Source: Ascoidea asiatica JCM 7603
Taxonomy: Eukaryota > Fungi > Ascomycota
Length of the DNA: 23,686 bases
Assembly (NCBI GenBank): GCA_001600695.1
Contig: BCKQ01000004.1
Coordinates: 696,595-720,280, forward strand
Reading direction: 5' to 3'
Shown in pieces: positions 8,717 to 18,830 of the stretch; position 1 is the first letter of the stretch, and every line of letters starts with the position of its first letter. The notes under the pieces were generated by a model. The model had not been told where the DNA came from. It ran no database searches and saw only the letters and a program-made list of their open reading frames with translations. The translations under genes were made by a program, and so were the position numbers.

Positions 8717-8962
8717 TCATTCATTCCTGCTTTCCTTCATAAGCTCTTTTTTCTTCTCCATAACTTCTTTCTTTATCGCCAATGGCTGAGCTTCTGCAAA
8801 TGTAATCTTCAATGGTTTCAATTTCACTGTACCATCCTCATTTAATTCTGGTGGAGTGTATTTCACAAGCTCGTAATCTTTCAAGAGGTATGCTCCACAG
8901 AATCCTCCGGTTATAGCACCTATTATCAATGCAAATGATCTTCCTCCAACTGATGGTGCCAT
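8717..8962 (-). CDS. Uncharacterised 81-aa single-pass membrane microprotein
   Basis: ATG-initiated, non-repetitive ORF. Gly/Ala-rich N-terminal hydrophobic helix (SFALIIGAITGGFCGAYLL) then a charged tail. Preceded by an A-rich leader and divergent from UBC13 across a promoter-like region. Confidence 0.7.
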   Translation of the reverse strand: MAPSVGGRSFALIIGAITGGFCGAYLLKDYELVKYTPPELNEDGTVKLKPLKITFAEAQPLAIKKEVMEKKKELMKESRNE

Positions 8963-9282
8963 AACTACTGATATTGTTGATATTGATATTTGATTTGATA
9001 CTTAATTCAATGTTGATACTTTTCTTGTACTTCTTTATCACTTCTTTCTTCTTCAAATGTTTGATTCAGTTTCAAACTCGTCAAGAAATCAAAACTGGAG
9101 CTCGAGATTGAGAAATGAGGCTGGTAATGCTATAATATAAATAAGGCTGGTTCTGTTACCCTACTTCTGTCTTTTATTTTTAATTCTCTCTGGCAGGTGA
9201 TAATATCGCCGCCACATTATTTCCCTTTCTGACTTGTCCGATAACAGCTACGAAGGCTTGTAATTAGATTGTGTTATTACTA

Positions 9283-9330
9283 TCATTAACATTAGCATTA
9301 ACATTAACATTAACATTAACATTAACATTA
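9283..9330. repeat. (CATTAA)n hexanucleotide microsatellite
   Basis: About 8 units, one with an A>G variant. Explains the LMLMLM of the spurious 9248-9433 ORF. Confidence 0.92.
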
Positions 9331-9671
9331 AATTAAATTCATTGACAATAAATTCATTGATAGCGTTTCTTCTGCTCTGCTCAAACACTTTTATTTTATT
9401 ATCACTCCAGATCCAAAATAAATTAATCACCAAATATCTAAAATAATAATAATAATAATAATCAGTTATATCAACAAGTCTATTATAGTTAACTGTTTTC
9501 TATTTTAACTTCATTTTTGCTCTTCTTCTTTCAATTTTGGTTTTCGGTTTTGGTTTTTTCTTTCTCTTTCTCTTTATCTCTCTCTCTATCTCTAAATATA
9601 TACTTGTATATATATTTCATTTCACCTTTAATCTGCTCACTTTTTAATCCCTATAATCTCATTCTATAAAC

Positions 9672-9702
<31 letters not shown>

Positions 9703-9714
9703 TTAATAATAATA

Positions 9715-10227
9715 ATGTCTTTACCTAGAAGAATTATTAAAGAAACTGAAAGGTTAGTATCTGATCCAGTACCTGGAATCTCTGCAATACCTCATGATGA
9801 TAATTTAAGATATTTTGATGTAATAATTGATGGTCCATCACAATCACCTTATGAAAATGGTAAATTTAAATTAGAATTATTTTTACCTGATGATTATCCA
9901 ATGGTTGCTCCAAAAGTTAGATTCTTAACAAAAATTTATCATCCAAATATTGATAGATTAGGTAGAATTTGTCTTGATGTTTTAAAATCAAATTGGTCTC
10001 CAGCTTTACAAATTAGAACAATTTTATTATCAATTCAAGCTCTTTTAGCAAGTCCAAATCCTGATGATCCTTTAGCAAATGATGTTGCAAATGAATGGAA
10101 AAAAAATGAATTAATTGCAATTAAAACTGCAAATCAATGGACTAAAAAATATGCTTCTGCATCTGAATCTATTTCAATTAATACTACTGAAGAAACTATC
10201 AAAACTGATAATAATATAAAAGATTAA
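9715..10227 (+). CDS. UBC13: Ubiquitin-conjugating enzyme E2 Ubc13 (K63 chains)
   Basis: [71 protein letters not shown], with the catalytic Cys intact. Confidence 0.98.
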   Translation: MSLPRRIIKETERLVSDPVPGISAIPHDDNLRYFDVIIDGPSQSPYENGKFKLELFLPDDYPMVAPKVRFLTKIYHPNIDRLGRICLDVLKSNWSPALQIRTILLSIQALLASPNPDDPLANDVANEWKKNELIAIKTANQWTKKYASASESISINTTEETIKTDNNIKD

Positions 10228-10358
10228 TTTTCATCCTTTATATCTCTCTCTATCTCTTATATCTTTATCTATTATGTTTTTTTGCATTTTGCTAAATTTT
10301 TTCATCTTTTAAATTATTCCCTCATTTATTCTTTTTATTTACTTACTTATTAACTGTC

Positions 10359-10400
10359 TTACGTTCTTATTACTTGATTACGTTCTTATTACCTGATTAC
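10359..10400. repeat. 19-bp tandem duplication in UBC13/CHD1 convergent terminator region
   Basis: TTACGTTCTTATTACTTGA / TTACGTTCTTATTACCTGA / TTAC. Confidence 0.9.
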
Positions 10401-10657
10401 TTTTTACGATTTTTTTAGAATTACTTAAATTTTATATATATTTTATATATATTTTAAAGAAATTTAACATAATTTATAATTTATATAAAAAAAATTTAAC
10501 AAAAATTAAAAAAAAATAACAAAATTTAACAAAATTTAACAAAAATTAACAAAAACATAAACTAATAAAAAAAATTATTTAAATTATACACAATATCAAA
10601 AAAAATATTTAAAAAATAAAAGTTAATTAATTAACTTTTTTATTACAATTATTATTC

Positions 10658-13600
10658 TTATGATTTACTTTTAGAATTTTGTTTTATAATCTTATTATAC
10701 ATATTCATTATTTTATCACTTGGTACATCAATTGGCCAAAAATATGATGCAAATTTCCATAAATGTTTTTTAAATAAATTTTCTTCAACATGTCTTCGTA
10801 TTTCTTTTTGACAATATTGTTTTTCAATATGATCTCCAACTTTAACTAATTCTTTTCTTAAAACTCTTACCCATTCTTTTTTCTCTAAACCTTCTCCACC
10901 TTTTTTTAATTTTGTTAATGATTTTTTAACTGGTTTCATAACTTCTTTACAATATTCTTCATCCATTGAATTTGGATTTTTCTTAATTCTTTTTATTTTC
11001 TTATGTATTTTATTTTCATTATTATGTAATAATTTATTTTTACCATTATTATTTAATAAATTCTCTTTTCTTTTCTTTTTATTTAAATTATTTAAATTTA
11101 TATTTGAATTTGAATTTAAATTACTTGAATTATTTATATTATTTATATCAATATTTTTTGGTTTTCTACCTCTTTTTCTTTCGAGAAATGGTAATGTTGC
11201 TAATGGTTCATCTTCTTTACCTTTAAGTAATCCAAGTAAATAATCTGTTCTACGTACAAGATGAACAGGTCCTGGTGCTTTCTTTATTATTTTACTTATT
11301 ACTGATTTATCTGGTTTAATAAATTCTTTTGTTAAAGTTTCATTATTTAAAAAAATTTTTCTTGTTAATTCAAGAAATGGATCATCTCTAATTTGTACCC
11401 AACTACCAAATCCATATTTTAATATCCCAATTAATAATTTCTCATCTTCAAATTTATTCCATTCACATGTCCATCCATGAACAGGTTTTGGTTCTCGACT
11501 TAAATTAAATTTTGATGGATTTTCTATATCTATTAAACTTTTAAGTAATTGCATATCTTCTGGTCTTGATAAAAGTAATTCTGCATTTAAATTTTTAATT
11601 CCATGATAATCAAAAAGTATTGCTTTTCTTTCTTTTCTTTTCATTATCCATAATGCACTACAATTTTCTTCACCTTCTGGAGCTGGAATTCCTTTCATTT
11701 CTCTTTCTTTTTGTGCAAGTGCTTTTTTCTTTAAATCTTCTAAAACTATTTCTCTTCTTTCTTCTTCATTATTAACAAGTTCTTTAGCTTTTTCCATTAA
11801 TTCCTTAAAAGTTTTATCCCAATATTCAACTTTTTTATCTGGTAATATTCCTTCACTAATAAGTTTTTCCCAAATTGGTTGAACATCTCCAACTCTTAAT
11901 ATTGTTTTATATAAAGTTCTAATATCTTTTTCTGAAAGTTCATCTGTATTTACAATAGCATTTTCTGTTTTTCTTTTCTTAAGTCTAGCTGATCTTTCAT
12001 CTCCAGATTCATCTTGATCATAAATACTTTGTATTCGTTTTGCTGCTGCTGATCTTCTAGAAGACATTTCAATTTGTTCTTGTAAAAATATTTCATCTTG
12101 TCTTTTCTTTTCATCTTCTTTTAATTTTATTAATTCTTCTTCTGGAATAATATCATCCCAATCAACATCTGCTTTATAATCAGTAACTTCAAATTGTTTT
12201 AAAAATTCTTCACCACCTAAATTAGATTCTCCTAAATCTGGTGTGGTAATATGATCTTCAGCATGATTTAAAACTTCATCTAAATTCAAATCTTCTAATT
12301 TTTTTTGATTACCTTCTGTAGAAAACATATTCCCTGCACCAAATTTTAAAATTTCACTTAATTCTGCTGTTGATGGTTCAGCTTTTTTCTTAGTTGTACC
12401 ATCTGTTATACCAAGAGAAATAATTGCATATTCTAAAATCATCTTTTTTCTTGCTTTCTCTAAAACTTGTTCTTCAACAGTATCTTTACTAACAAATCTA
12501 TAAACCATAACATGATTTTTTTGACCAATTCTATGAGCTCTAGCCATTGCTTGTAAATCAGCTTGCGGATTCCAATCTGAATCAAAAATAATTACAGTAT
12601 CTGCTGTCATTAAATTAATACCTAAACCACCTGCTCTTGTAGATAATAAAAAAACAAAATCTTTTGAGTTAGGTGCATTGAAATGTTCAATTGCAATACG
12701 TCTTTGAAATGAGGGAACAGTACCATCTAATCTTTGAAATTGTAATCCTTTTATTGAAAGATAATCTCCTAAAATATCAAGCATTCGCACCATTTGACTG
12801 AATATTAAAACTCTATGACCATCTTTTCTTAATCTAGTCAATAATTTATCAAGTAAAACCATTTTACCGCTAGACATTATCATTCCACGAAAAATGTTTT
12901 CTCTTGAGGCAACACCTGCCTTTTGAAGAACTTGATCTTCTGCTCCATCAAAAAGATAAGGATGATTTGAAGCCTTTTTTAATTCGGCCATTACATTTAA
13001 TAAAGAAATTTGATTACCCTTTGGACCTGCATTTAAAGCAGAATAATTTTTAGTTAAAATGTTTTTATAATAGAAAGTTTGTAAATCAGATAATTCAACT
13101 CTTAGAATTCTTTCACTTTTAGAAGGTAATGATTTTTCAACATCTTTTTTTAATCTTCTTAAAATAAATGGCTGTAAACTTTTTTGTAAATCTCTTATAT
13201 AATTTTCTTGTCCTATATTAGGAATATCAAACTCAATTTCTTGATCAATTACAAATTTCCCTGGCATTAAGAAATTTACTAATGCTGCAAGTTCTTTAAT
13301 ATTATTTTGTAAAGGGGTACCAGTTATCAATAATCTATTATTCACTTTGAATGACCTTAAAGCTTCATATAAAGAACTTTGTGCATTTTTTAATCTATGT
13401 GCTTCATCAACAGCAAGAAATTGCCATTTCAAAGAACCTAATTCAGTTTTATCTTTTAAAATAAATTCATATGTAGTAAGTAAAACATTGAATTTTGGTT
13501 TTTTTGTATTTCCAACATACCATTCATTTTCTCTAATTGTTTTTCTTGATTTTGAATTACCAATATAATAAACACAATTCAAACCTGGAGACCATTTTTC

Positions 13601-15508
13601 AAAAGTTTCTTGCCAAGCAGGCATAGTTGATAATGGAACAACAACAATATGAGGTCCAAATTGTCTTCTTGCATAAACAAGCCAACTTAAAAAACTAACT
13701 GTTTGAACTGTTTTACCTAAACCCATTTCATCGGCTAATATACCATTTTCATTTCTTGACCAAAGAAATGCCATCCAATTAAGACCAGTTAATTGAAAAT
13801 CTCTTAATTCACCATTTTTGATATAAAGTGGTTGACTAATAAGTTTTTCAAATCTTGGTCTTTGACTTCCATAATTTGCAGATAAAGCTGGTAAAGTTTT
13901 TGATTTTGATCTATCTTGAAATTTAGTAACTTGTTCCGGAGATATTTGTGCAATTTGTTCTGCATTTTCCCAAGTACATTCATCATAGTTCAATCTTTTC
14001 CATTTAACAAGATATTGTAATTCATTTTCTTGATCATCCTTTGATTCTCTTCTACTAGTTACAATTCTTTCAATTTGTTTATATTCATGAATTGCACCAA
14101 TTTTTCTTTCATTTTCTAAATTTATTAATTCTAAGGTTTCTCTTGTAACAGTTGGATCATGATTTATTTCATAAGCTTCAACTATAAAAATTTTTGCATA
14201 ATTTTCAATTTTTTTAAGTCCTTTTAAGCCCTGTAAACTTTCATAAGTTTCCCAAGTATTATGTAAATGAGATTTATTTGTCCATTTGATTAAAAATTTA
14301 TAGTTTTTCTTTATTTCATTCATATCAATACCAACTTCATCTTCTTTTTTGGTTCTTCTTTCTTTTTTCAGTTTAATTTTTTCTTGTAAATCTAATGTCT
14401 TTTTTTCTTGATCAGTTAATTTGTTTTCTTCAGAATCTTCTTTGATTTTTTCATTACTTATATCTTCAGACTTGATTTCTTCTTTCTTTATAGTTGAATT
14501 TTCTTGTATTGAATCAGTTTTAGTTTCATTTTCATTTTCATTTTCATTTTCATTTTCATTTTCATTTTCATTTTCATTTTCATCTTGATTTTGATTAGTA
14601 CTAATATTAGTATCAGTATCAGCATTTGTTTTATCATTTTCTTTAGTTTCATTGGTTTCTTTCAATTCTTCATTTTCATTTATTTCATCTTTGATTGAAT
14701 CATTATCTTTAGATATGGTATTCTCTGTTTTAACTTGAAGATTATTGAAAGTCGAATCTGATTTTATATCTAATTCTTCTTCTTCTTGTTCTTCTTCCTT
14801 ATCAAAATCATCATCTTCATCATCAGATAAAATAACTTTATGATTCATTACTTGATCAATACTTGGGGCATTTTCTTTATGATAACTATTATCATAATAA
14901 TAATAACCTTCTTGATAACCTTGAGCAATTGCTTCATCATCAGTTTCTATGAATTCATCATCGTCATCAATTGCATAGTTTATACTTTTATTATTATTTC
15001 TTGTTGAAAATCTAATTTCTGCAGGTTCAACAGATTTTGATTTAGACTTAGATTTTGATTTAGATTTTGATTTTGATTTTTTCTTATTTCTAGATGATTT
15101 CTTAGAAGATGAATCTTCGTCTTCATCTATTATATCATCATAATATAAATTATCTTCGGGGGTTTCATCTTGATTTTCGGTATAATTAGTTTCATAATCA
15201 TCATCACCAGCCTCAGTTTCAGCTTCTAAATCGGGATCAGCATCCACAGTGGCATCATATTCATTATCATTATCCATATCATTGTGATTATTATTATTTT
15301 CAAAGGTCAAATCATAATCATCTTGTTCATCATCTTCAATATTCTTATTTTTAGGCCTTCGTTTTGGAGCAGAATATACTTCATCATCTGATTCATCATT
15401 ATCTTCTTCTTTATATTTATGTTGTTGAATATGAGCTCTTCTAGATCTTCTTAGCCCATAAAGTTCTGGATTTTCAGAAACTTCTGTACTTATATCAGTT
15501 GTAGCCAT
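10658..15508 (-). CDS. CHD1: Chromodomain-helicase-DNA-binding remodeler Chd1
   Basis: Double chromodomain ([16 protein letters not shown]; [16 protein letters not shown]), Snf2 ATPase ([27 protein letters not shown]), SANT-SLIDE ([16 protein letters not shown]) and C-terminal CHCT domain. Start set at the first ATG (15508) because the track start at 15520 is TTG. Confidence 0.98.
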   Translation of the reverse strand: MATTDISTEVSENPELYGLRRSRRAHIQQHKYKEEDNDESDDEVYSAPKRRPKNKNIEDDEQDDYDLTFENNNNHNDMDNDNEYDATVDADPDLEAETEAGDDDYETNYTENQDETPEDNLYYDDIIDEDEDSSSKKSSRNKKKSKSKSKSKSKSKSKSVEPAEIRFSTRNNNKSINYAIDDDDEFIETDDEAIAQGYQEGYYYYDNSYHKENAPSIDQVMNHKVILSDDEDDDFDKEEEQEEEELDIKSDSTFNNLQVKTENTISKDNDSIKDEINENEELKETNETKENDKTNADTDTNISTNQNQDENENENENENENENENENETKTDSIQENSTIKKEEIKSEDISNEKIKEDSEENKLTDQEKKTLDLQEKIKLKKERRTKKEDEVGIDMNEIKKNYKFLIKWTNKSHLHNTWETYESLQGLKGLKKIENYAKIFIVEAYEINHDPTVTRETLELINLENERKIGAIHEYKQIERIVTSRRESKDDQENELQYLVKWKRLNYDECTWENAEQIAQISPEQVTKFQDRSKSKTLPALSANYGSQRPRFEKLISQPLYIKNGELRDFQLTGLNWMAFLWSRNENGILADEMGLGKTVQTVSFLSWLVYARRQFGPHIVVVPLSTMPAWQETFEKWSPGLNCVYYIGNSKSRKTIRENEWYVGNTKKPKFNVLLTTYEFILKDKTELGSLKWQFLAVDEAHRLKNAQSSLYEALRSFKVNNRLLITGTPLQNNIKELAALVNFLMPGKFVIDQEIEFDIPNIGQENYIRDLQKSLQPFILRRLKKDVEKSLPSKSERILRVELSDLQTFYYKNILTKNYSALNAGPKGNQISLLNVMAELKKASNHPYLFDGAEDQVLQKAGVASRENIFRGMIMSSGKMVLLDKLLTRLRKDGHRVLIFSQMVRMLDILGDYLSIKGLQFQRLDGTVPSFQRRIAIEHFNAPNSKDFVFLLSTRAGGLGINLMTADTVIIFDSDWNPQADLQAMARAHRIGQKNHVMVYRFVSKDTVEEQVLEKARKKMILEYAIISLGITDGTTKKKAEPSTAELSEILKFGAGNMFSTEGNQKKLEDLNLDEVLNHAEDHITTPDLGESNLGGEEFLKQFEVTDYKADVDWDDIIPEEELIKLKEDEKKRQDEIFLQEQIEMSSRRSAAAKRIQSIYDQDESGDERSARLKKRKTENAIVNTDELSEKDIRTLYKTILRVGDVQPIWEKLISEGILPDKKVEYWDKTFKELMEKAKELVNNEEERREIVLEDLKKKALAQKEREMKGIPAPEGEENCSALWIMKRKERKAILFDYHGIKNLNAELLLSRPEDMQLLKSLIDIENPSKFNLSREPKPVHGWTCEWNKFEDEKLLIGILKYGFGSWVQIRDDPFLELTRKIFLNNETLTKEFIKPDKSVISKIIKKAPGPVHLVRRTDYLLGLLKGKEDEPLATLPFLERKRGRKPKNIDINNINNSSNLNSNSNINLNNLNKKKRKENLLNNNGKNKLLHNNENKIHKKIKRIKKNPNSMDEEYCKEVMKPVKKSLTKLKKGGEGLEKKEWVRVLRKELVKVGDHIEKQYCQKEIRRHVEENLFKKHLWKFASYFWPIDVPSDKIMNMYNKIIKQNSKSKS
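14523..14582. repeat. (TTTTCA)n coding microsatellite giving an (EN)n tract in Chd1
   Basis: About 10 hexamer units; translation ENENEN... Confidence 0.95.
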
Positions 15509-16454
15509 GATTAAAATCAAAATAAATTTTAATTATATAATCTTATTCGAAATTATTTCTTAATGATATATTTTCGACTTTTATGATTCTAGTTGTAAAT
15601 TACTTTTGATGAAAAAAAAAAAAATAGCAATAAAAACTTAAGCAATATTTTTATTTTAAATAGCAGTTGAAATGAAACCAACAAAATTTGACTTTTTTAA
15701 TTGTTTTATAAATAAGAATAATAAAAGCTTCGAATTATATTTTGAATTTAATAATGAATGAAATTATAAATGTGAATGTAGCTTAAGTAATTAATATTAA
15801 ATATTAATTGAATTTCTTATGTTTATTATTTAATTATGCGCGTTACTTTTTAATAGTTTTTAAAGTATGGGAAATGAAATAAAAACAGGAAATTTGAAAA
15901 AAAAAGAAAATAATTTAATTAACGTTACGGGAAATAAATTAACTATGGTGAGATTAATATAATTGTAAGCTAAATTATTTTCTTTGAAACAGTAATATGA
16001 TTATTTTACTTTAATTTACTTTATGTATTTATTTTATTAAATGTATTTATTTGAAGTAAATTTAAAAGATATGGTAAAATAAGTAGTAATAAAAGTAAAA
16101 AGAAAAGGAAAAAGAAGAGAAGAAAAAAAGAGATGAGGTTTTAAGGAAATGAAGGAAGGCGAAGAAAAATCCAATGGAAAAACAAAGTTGAAACGGGAGG
16201 AAGCAGTAACAGCATTAAGCACCAACCACCAACCACCACCAACCACAGGCCCCCAGTAGTGACTTTACTCCTACAACAATCAACAAGAGTGGTTCTTTCA
16301 GTTCCATTTCCTGTTCTTTTCCTGTTCATTTCCTGTTCAACTTCAATTATCACACGCAGCAATCAAAAAGTTCACATTCAAATATGATAAAAGATTACCA
16401 ATGTATATTTACTTCTTGTTTTACAAAAGAATAAAGTGAATTATAATTAAATCC

Positions 16455-17620
16455 TGAGTGGTAACGACAACGCGTGATAGGAGTCGAAAGTATTAACCAA
16501 TCAATGGCAGATATATAAAATATAATAAACATAACAAACATATTAAAGGTGAATAGAGTAATAAATATATAAATAAGGATAGTATATATAAATATTTATA
16601 TATTCAATACCTATGCAATATACATATCAATGTAACATATAAATATATATAGATATACTATATATGAATATAATCAACGATTATAAACAATATAAGGAAA
16701 TAGCAAACCTGAAAATATAATATAAAAATATACATAAATAAATAAAATAGTAATAAAATCATAGTAAAACAATAATAATTTACTGTGAATTAACTTTGAT
16801 TTTAATAATAAATAATTTAAATGAAAGAGAAAACGGAAAAATAATAAAGCAATTTGATAAAAGAAAAAAAAATGGATATGATAACGATGTTTCAAATATT
16901 ATTTCCCAAAAAGAAAGATTAATTTAAATGAAATCATTGAAAAAAATAATCATGTAACTATAATTGCTATAACTTATAATTAATATAGGCTTAATATTAT
17001 ATTGTCTTTATTTGAAATTACTTTGATTGAATATATTTGATTTTATTATCCATCATTGACCAAACACAAATAGTTATTCAATAAAATAATTATATATCCA
17101 AACAATTAATTTCAAAAATAGAGATCAATATTGATGGACAAAGGCAATATAATAATAGCAAATGTAATAAACTAAACAATAACTTGACAGTCGATATTGA
17201 TTAGACAGGACAATTATAAAATTGAATAAATTTATCTTTCTTTATAGGAGATAAATTAGAAATAAATTTCTTTGAGGAATATTAAAAAATATTTCATCAA
17301 CAATTACTCGAGATAACAACATAATAAATAAAAAGAGTTGATTTATTGTTATGACTTATTTATTTACCTAATATGAATCCAATACCTGACTGATGGGAAT
17401 TTAATAAATATAGAGGATCATATCGTTCTTATAAGTCAATAAATGACAAGGTAATAAAATAATTAATGAGAGTAAGAAGATAAATTGAAAGCTCAGTAGA
17501 ATTAACTTAATAAAATATAATCCTAACAATAGTAAGATGATCTGAGAATTAATTTGCTTATCTAGATGAAATTTATGATTGAAATTAACCTTAGATAACT
17601 TATTTGAATATAATTCATAA
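16455..17620 (+). mobile_element. Putative highly decayed L1-clade non-LTR retrotransposon ORF2 relic (RT core and possibly Trp-rich C-terminal region)
   Basis: Collinear remnants: AGT GGT aa CGA CAA 16457-16470 (cf. G.RQG); IKG 16542-16550; TAT GCA at at 16612 (cf. YADD). Then in one frame: YKEIANLKI*YK 16691-16726 (cf. ..ASGLKIN..K), YCELTL 16781-16798 (cf. YLGLPL) and SQKERLI*MKSL 16904-16939 (cf. S..GRLILIKS.L). Downstream 17435-17617 the same frame has five TGA and no TAA/TAG, reading IWELICLSRWNLWLK if TGA derives from TGG. Matched by eye only. Confidence 0.5.
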
Positions 17621-17939
17621 GCGCTCAAAAATTTCCTGTATCTCATACCCAAAATTTTTACACTATCTGGTAATAATGATAGATAATATTGATAATGATA
17701 ATAATTGTAACAAATTTCCAAATATTATAATAAAGTCAAGTCCAGATTGAAAACATATTTTGAAAAATGAATGAGGATCCAAAATAAGTAATCATTTGAA
17801 AGAAAAAGGATAAACCATACCAAATATTTAGAAACTAAAATAAAACGTAATTCAAAGAATAATTTCAAGCAGCAAGGATTTGGAAAGAAATAAAGTAATA
17901 AAGTAAGAGCAAAATTTTTAAAAAAAACAGGAATTGAGC

Positions 17940-18830
17940 TTGCTTTTATAGTCGTCTCCTTGTGAAATGATTAAAGTAAAGAGAAGTGGTGGAAAGTAAA
18001 TTTTGCACACTCTGAAATGAGACGCCACCCAATAAAAAATATGCTGTCAACGACGACGCAACAGCAAAATAGTTGTAGTGTAAATATCGGAATGATCACA
18101 TGACATTTAAATTTGGTGGCAAAAATAGTTTAATTCTAATCATCTGATTCAATAAAAATAAAAAGCACGTGTGGCTGATGTATCATGTGACTTGGCTATA
18201 AGATTTACTGTTTTAAAACGGAATTTAAGATGTTTGAGAAGTGTTAAGAGAAGAATGTTGAAAATATAAAAGAGATCTGAAACAGTGAATTTGATCCGCT
18301 GAAATAACCTGGACACGGAATGTTGAATAATATTTATATTTAAAATAAAGATCAGCACCAGCCGCTGGCTGTCTGGTGTCTCAAAATAGTTACGCTTAAC
18401 TCCGTGAGCCTCAGCCCATTTTTCTCTTTACTAACTCCGCTCGGATAAAAAGGAAATACGCGGCATGCACTGAAATGCTTTTCCGCGGAATGTTTTTTTA
18501 TCCGTTTGCTTTTATCCGCTTCTTTTTCCCACTGTTTTCTATTCAATTTCTCTCAAGCGATTAACACGGACTTTTCTCGAGCTGCCTGACGCCCATACAA
18601 AGAACAATGCAATTTTTGAGTCTTTGAGTCTTTTGGCTGGAGTGAAATAATACGAGAATCTGGAGAATTGAAATTTTATTTTTGATGAAAATAAAAGTGT
18701 TCTGGAATGAAAAAAAATAGAATTTGATAAGGCAAATTGAGTGAGAAAGTAAATATAATAATTCTCAGACTCTTTTTTGATAGTTTTGAAAAATTTGATA
18801 TCAATTGGTGACACATATAAATTTTAATTG
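17940..18830. promoter_or_regulatory. Orphan cis-regulatory module with no adjacent CDS
   Basis: Locally GC-rich. E-boxes TCACATGA 18096, CACGTG 18166, TCATGTGA 18183; Rpn4 PACE GGTGGCAAA 18115-18123; Crz1-like TGAGCCTC 18405-18412; PDRE palindrome TTCCGCGGAA 18481-18490; CGGATAA x3 (18442 +, 18498 -, 18512 -). Outward-facing TATAAA at about 17945-17950 (-) and 18816-18821 (+). Confidence 0.55.

Noticed and set aside
16470-16475. MCB element ACGCGT
   Set aside because: A single copy about 960 bp from CHD1 that overlaps the putative RT G.RQG remnant; not supportable on its own.
16760-17260. Decayed AAA-ATPase pseudogene (SKTIIIYCEL as Walker B; HVTIIAIT as sensor 1)
   Set aside because: No Walker A or Arg finger; the LINE RT reading explains more motifs with better spacing. 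A profile search should still include AAA models.
16674-17721. Minus-strand hydrophobic ORFs 16674-16895 and 17401-17721 as a membrane protein
   Set aside because: Both start with TTG, the F/L/I/Y bias is expected from the antisense of A-rich DNA, and there are multiple stops between them.
15985-18284. Ste12 autoregulatory PREs (TGAAACA at 15985, 16888 minus, 18278)
   Set aside because: Scattered, over 2.8 kb from STE12, and only slightly above chance for this composition.
18095-18310. Point centromere from ATCACATG/GTCACATG CDEI-like sites
   Set aside because: No very AT-rich CDEII or CDEIII follows either site. No long inverted repeat typical of regional centromeres was seen in the interval.
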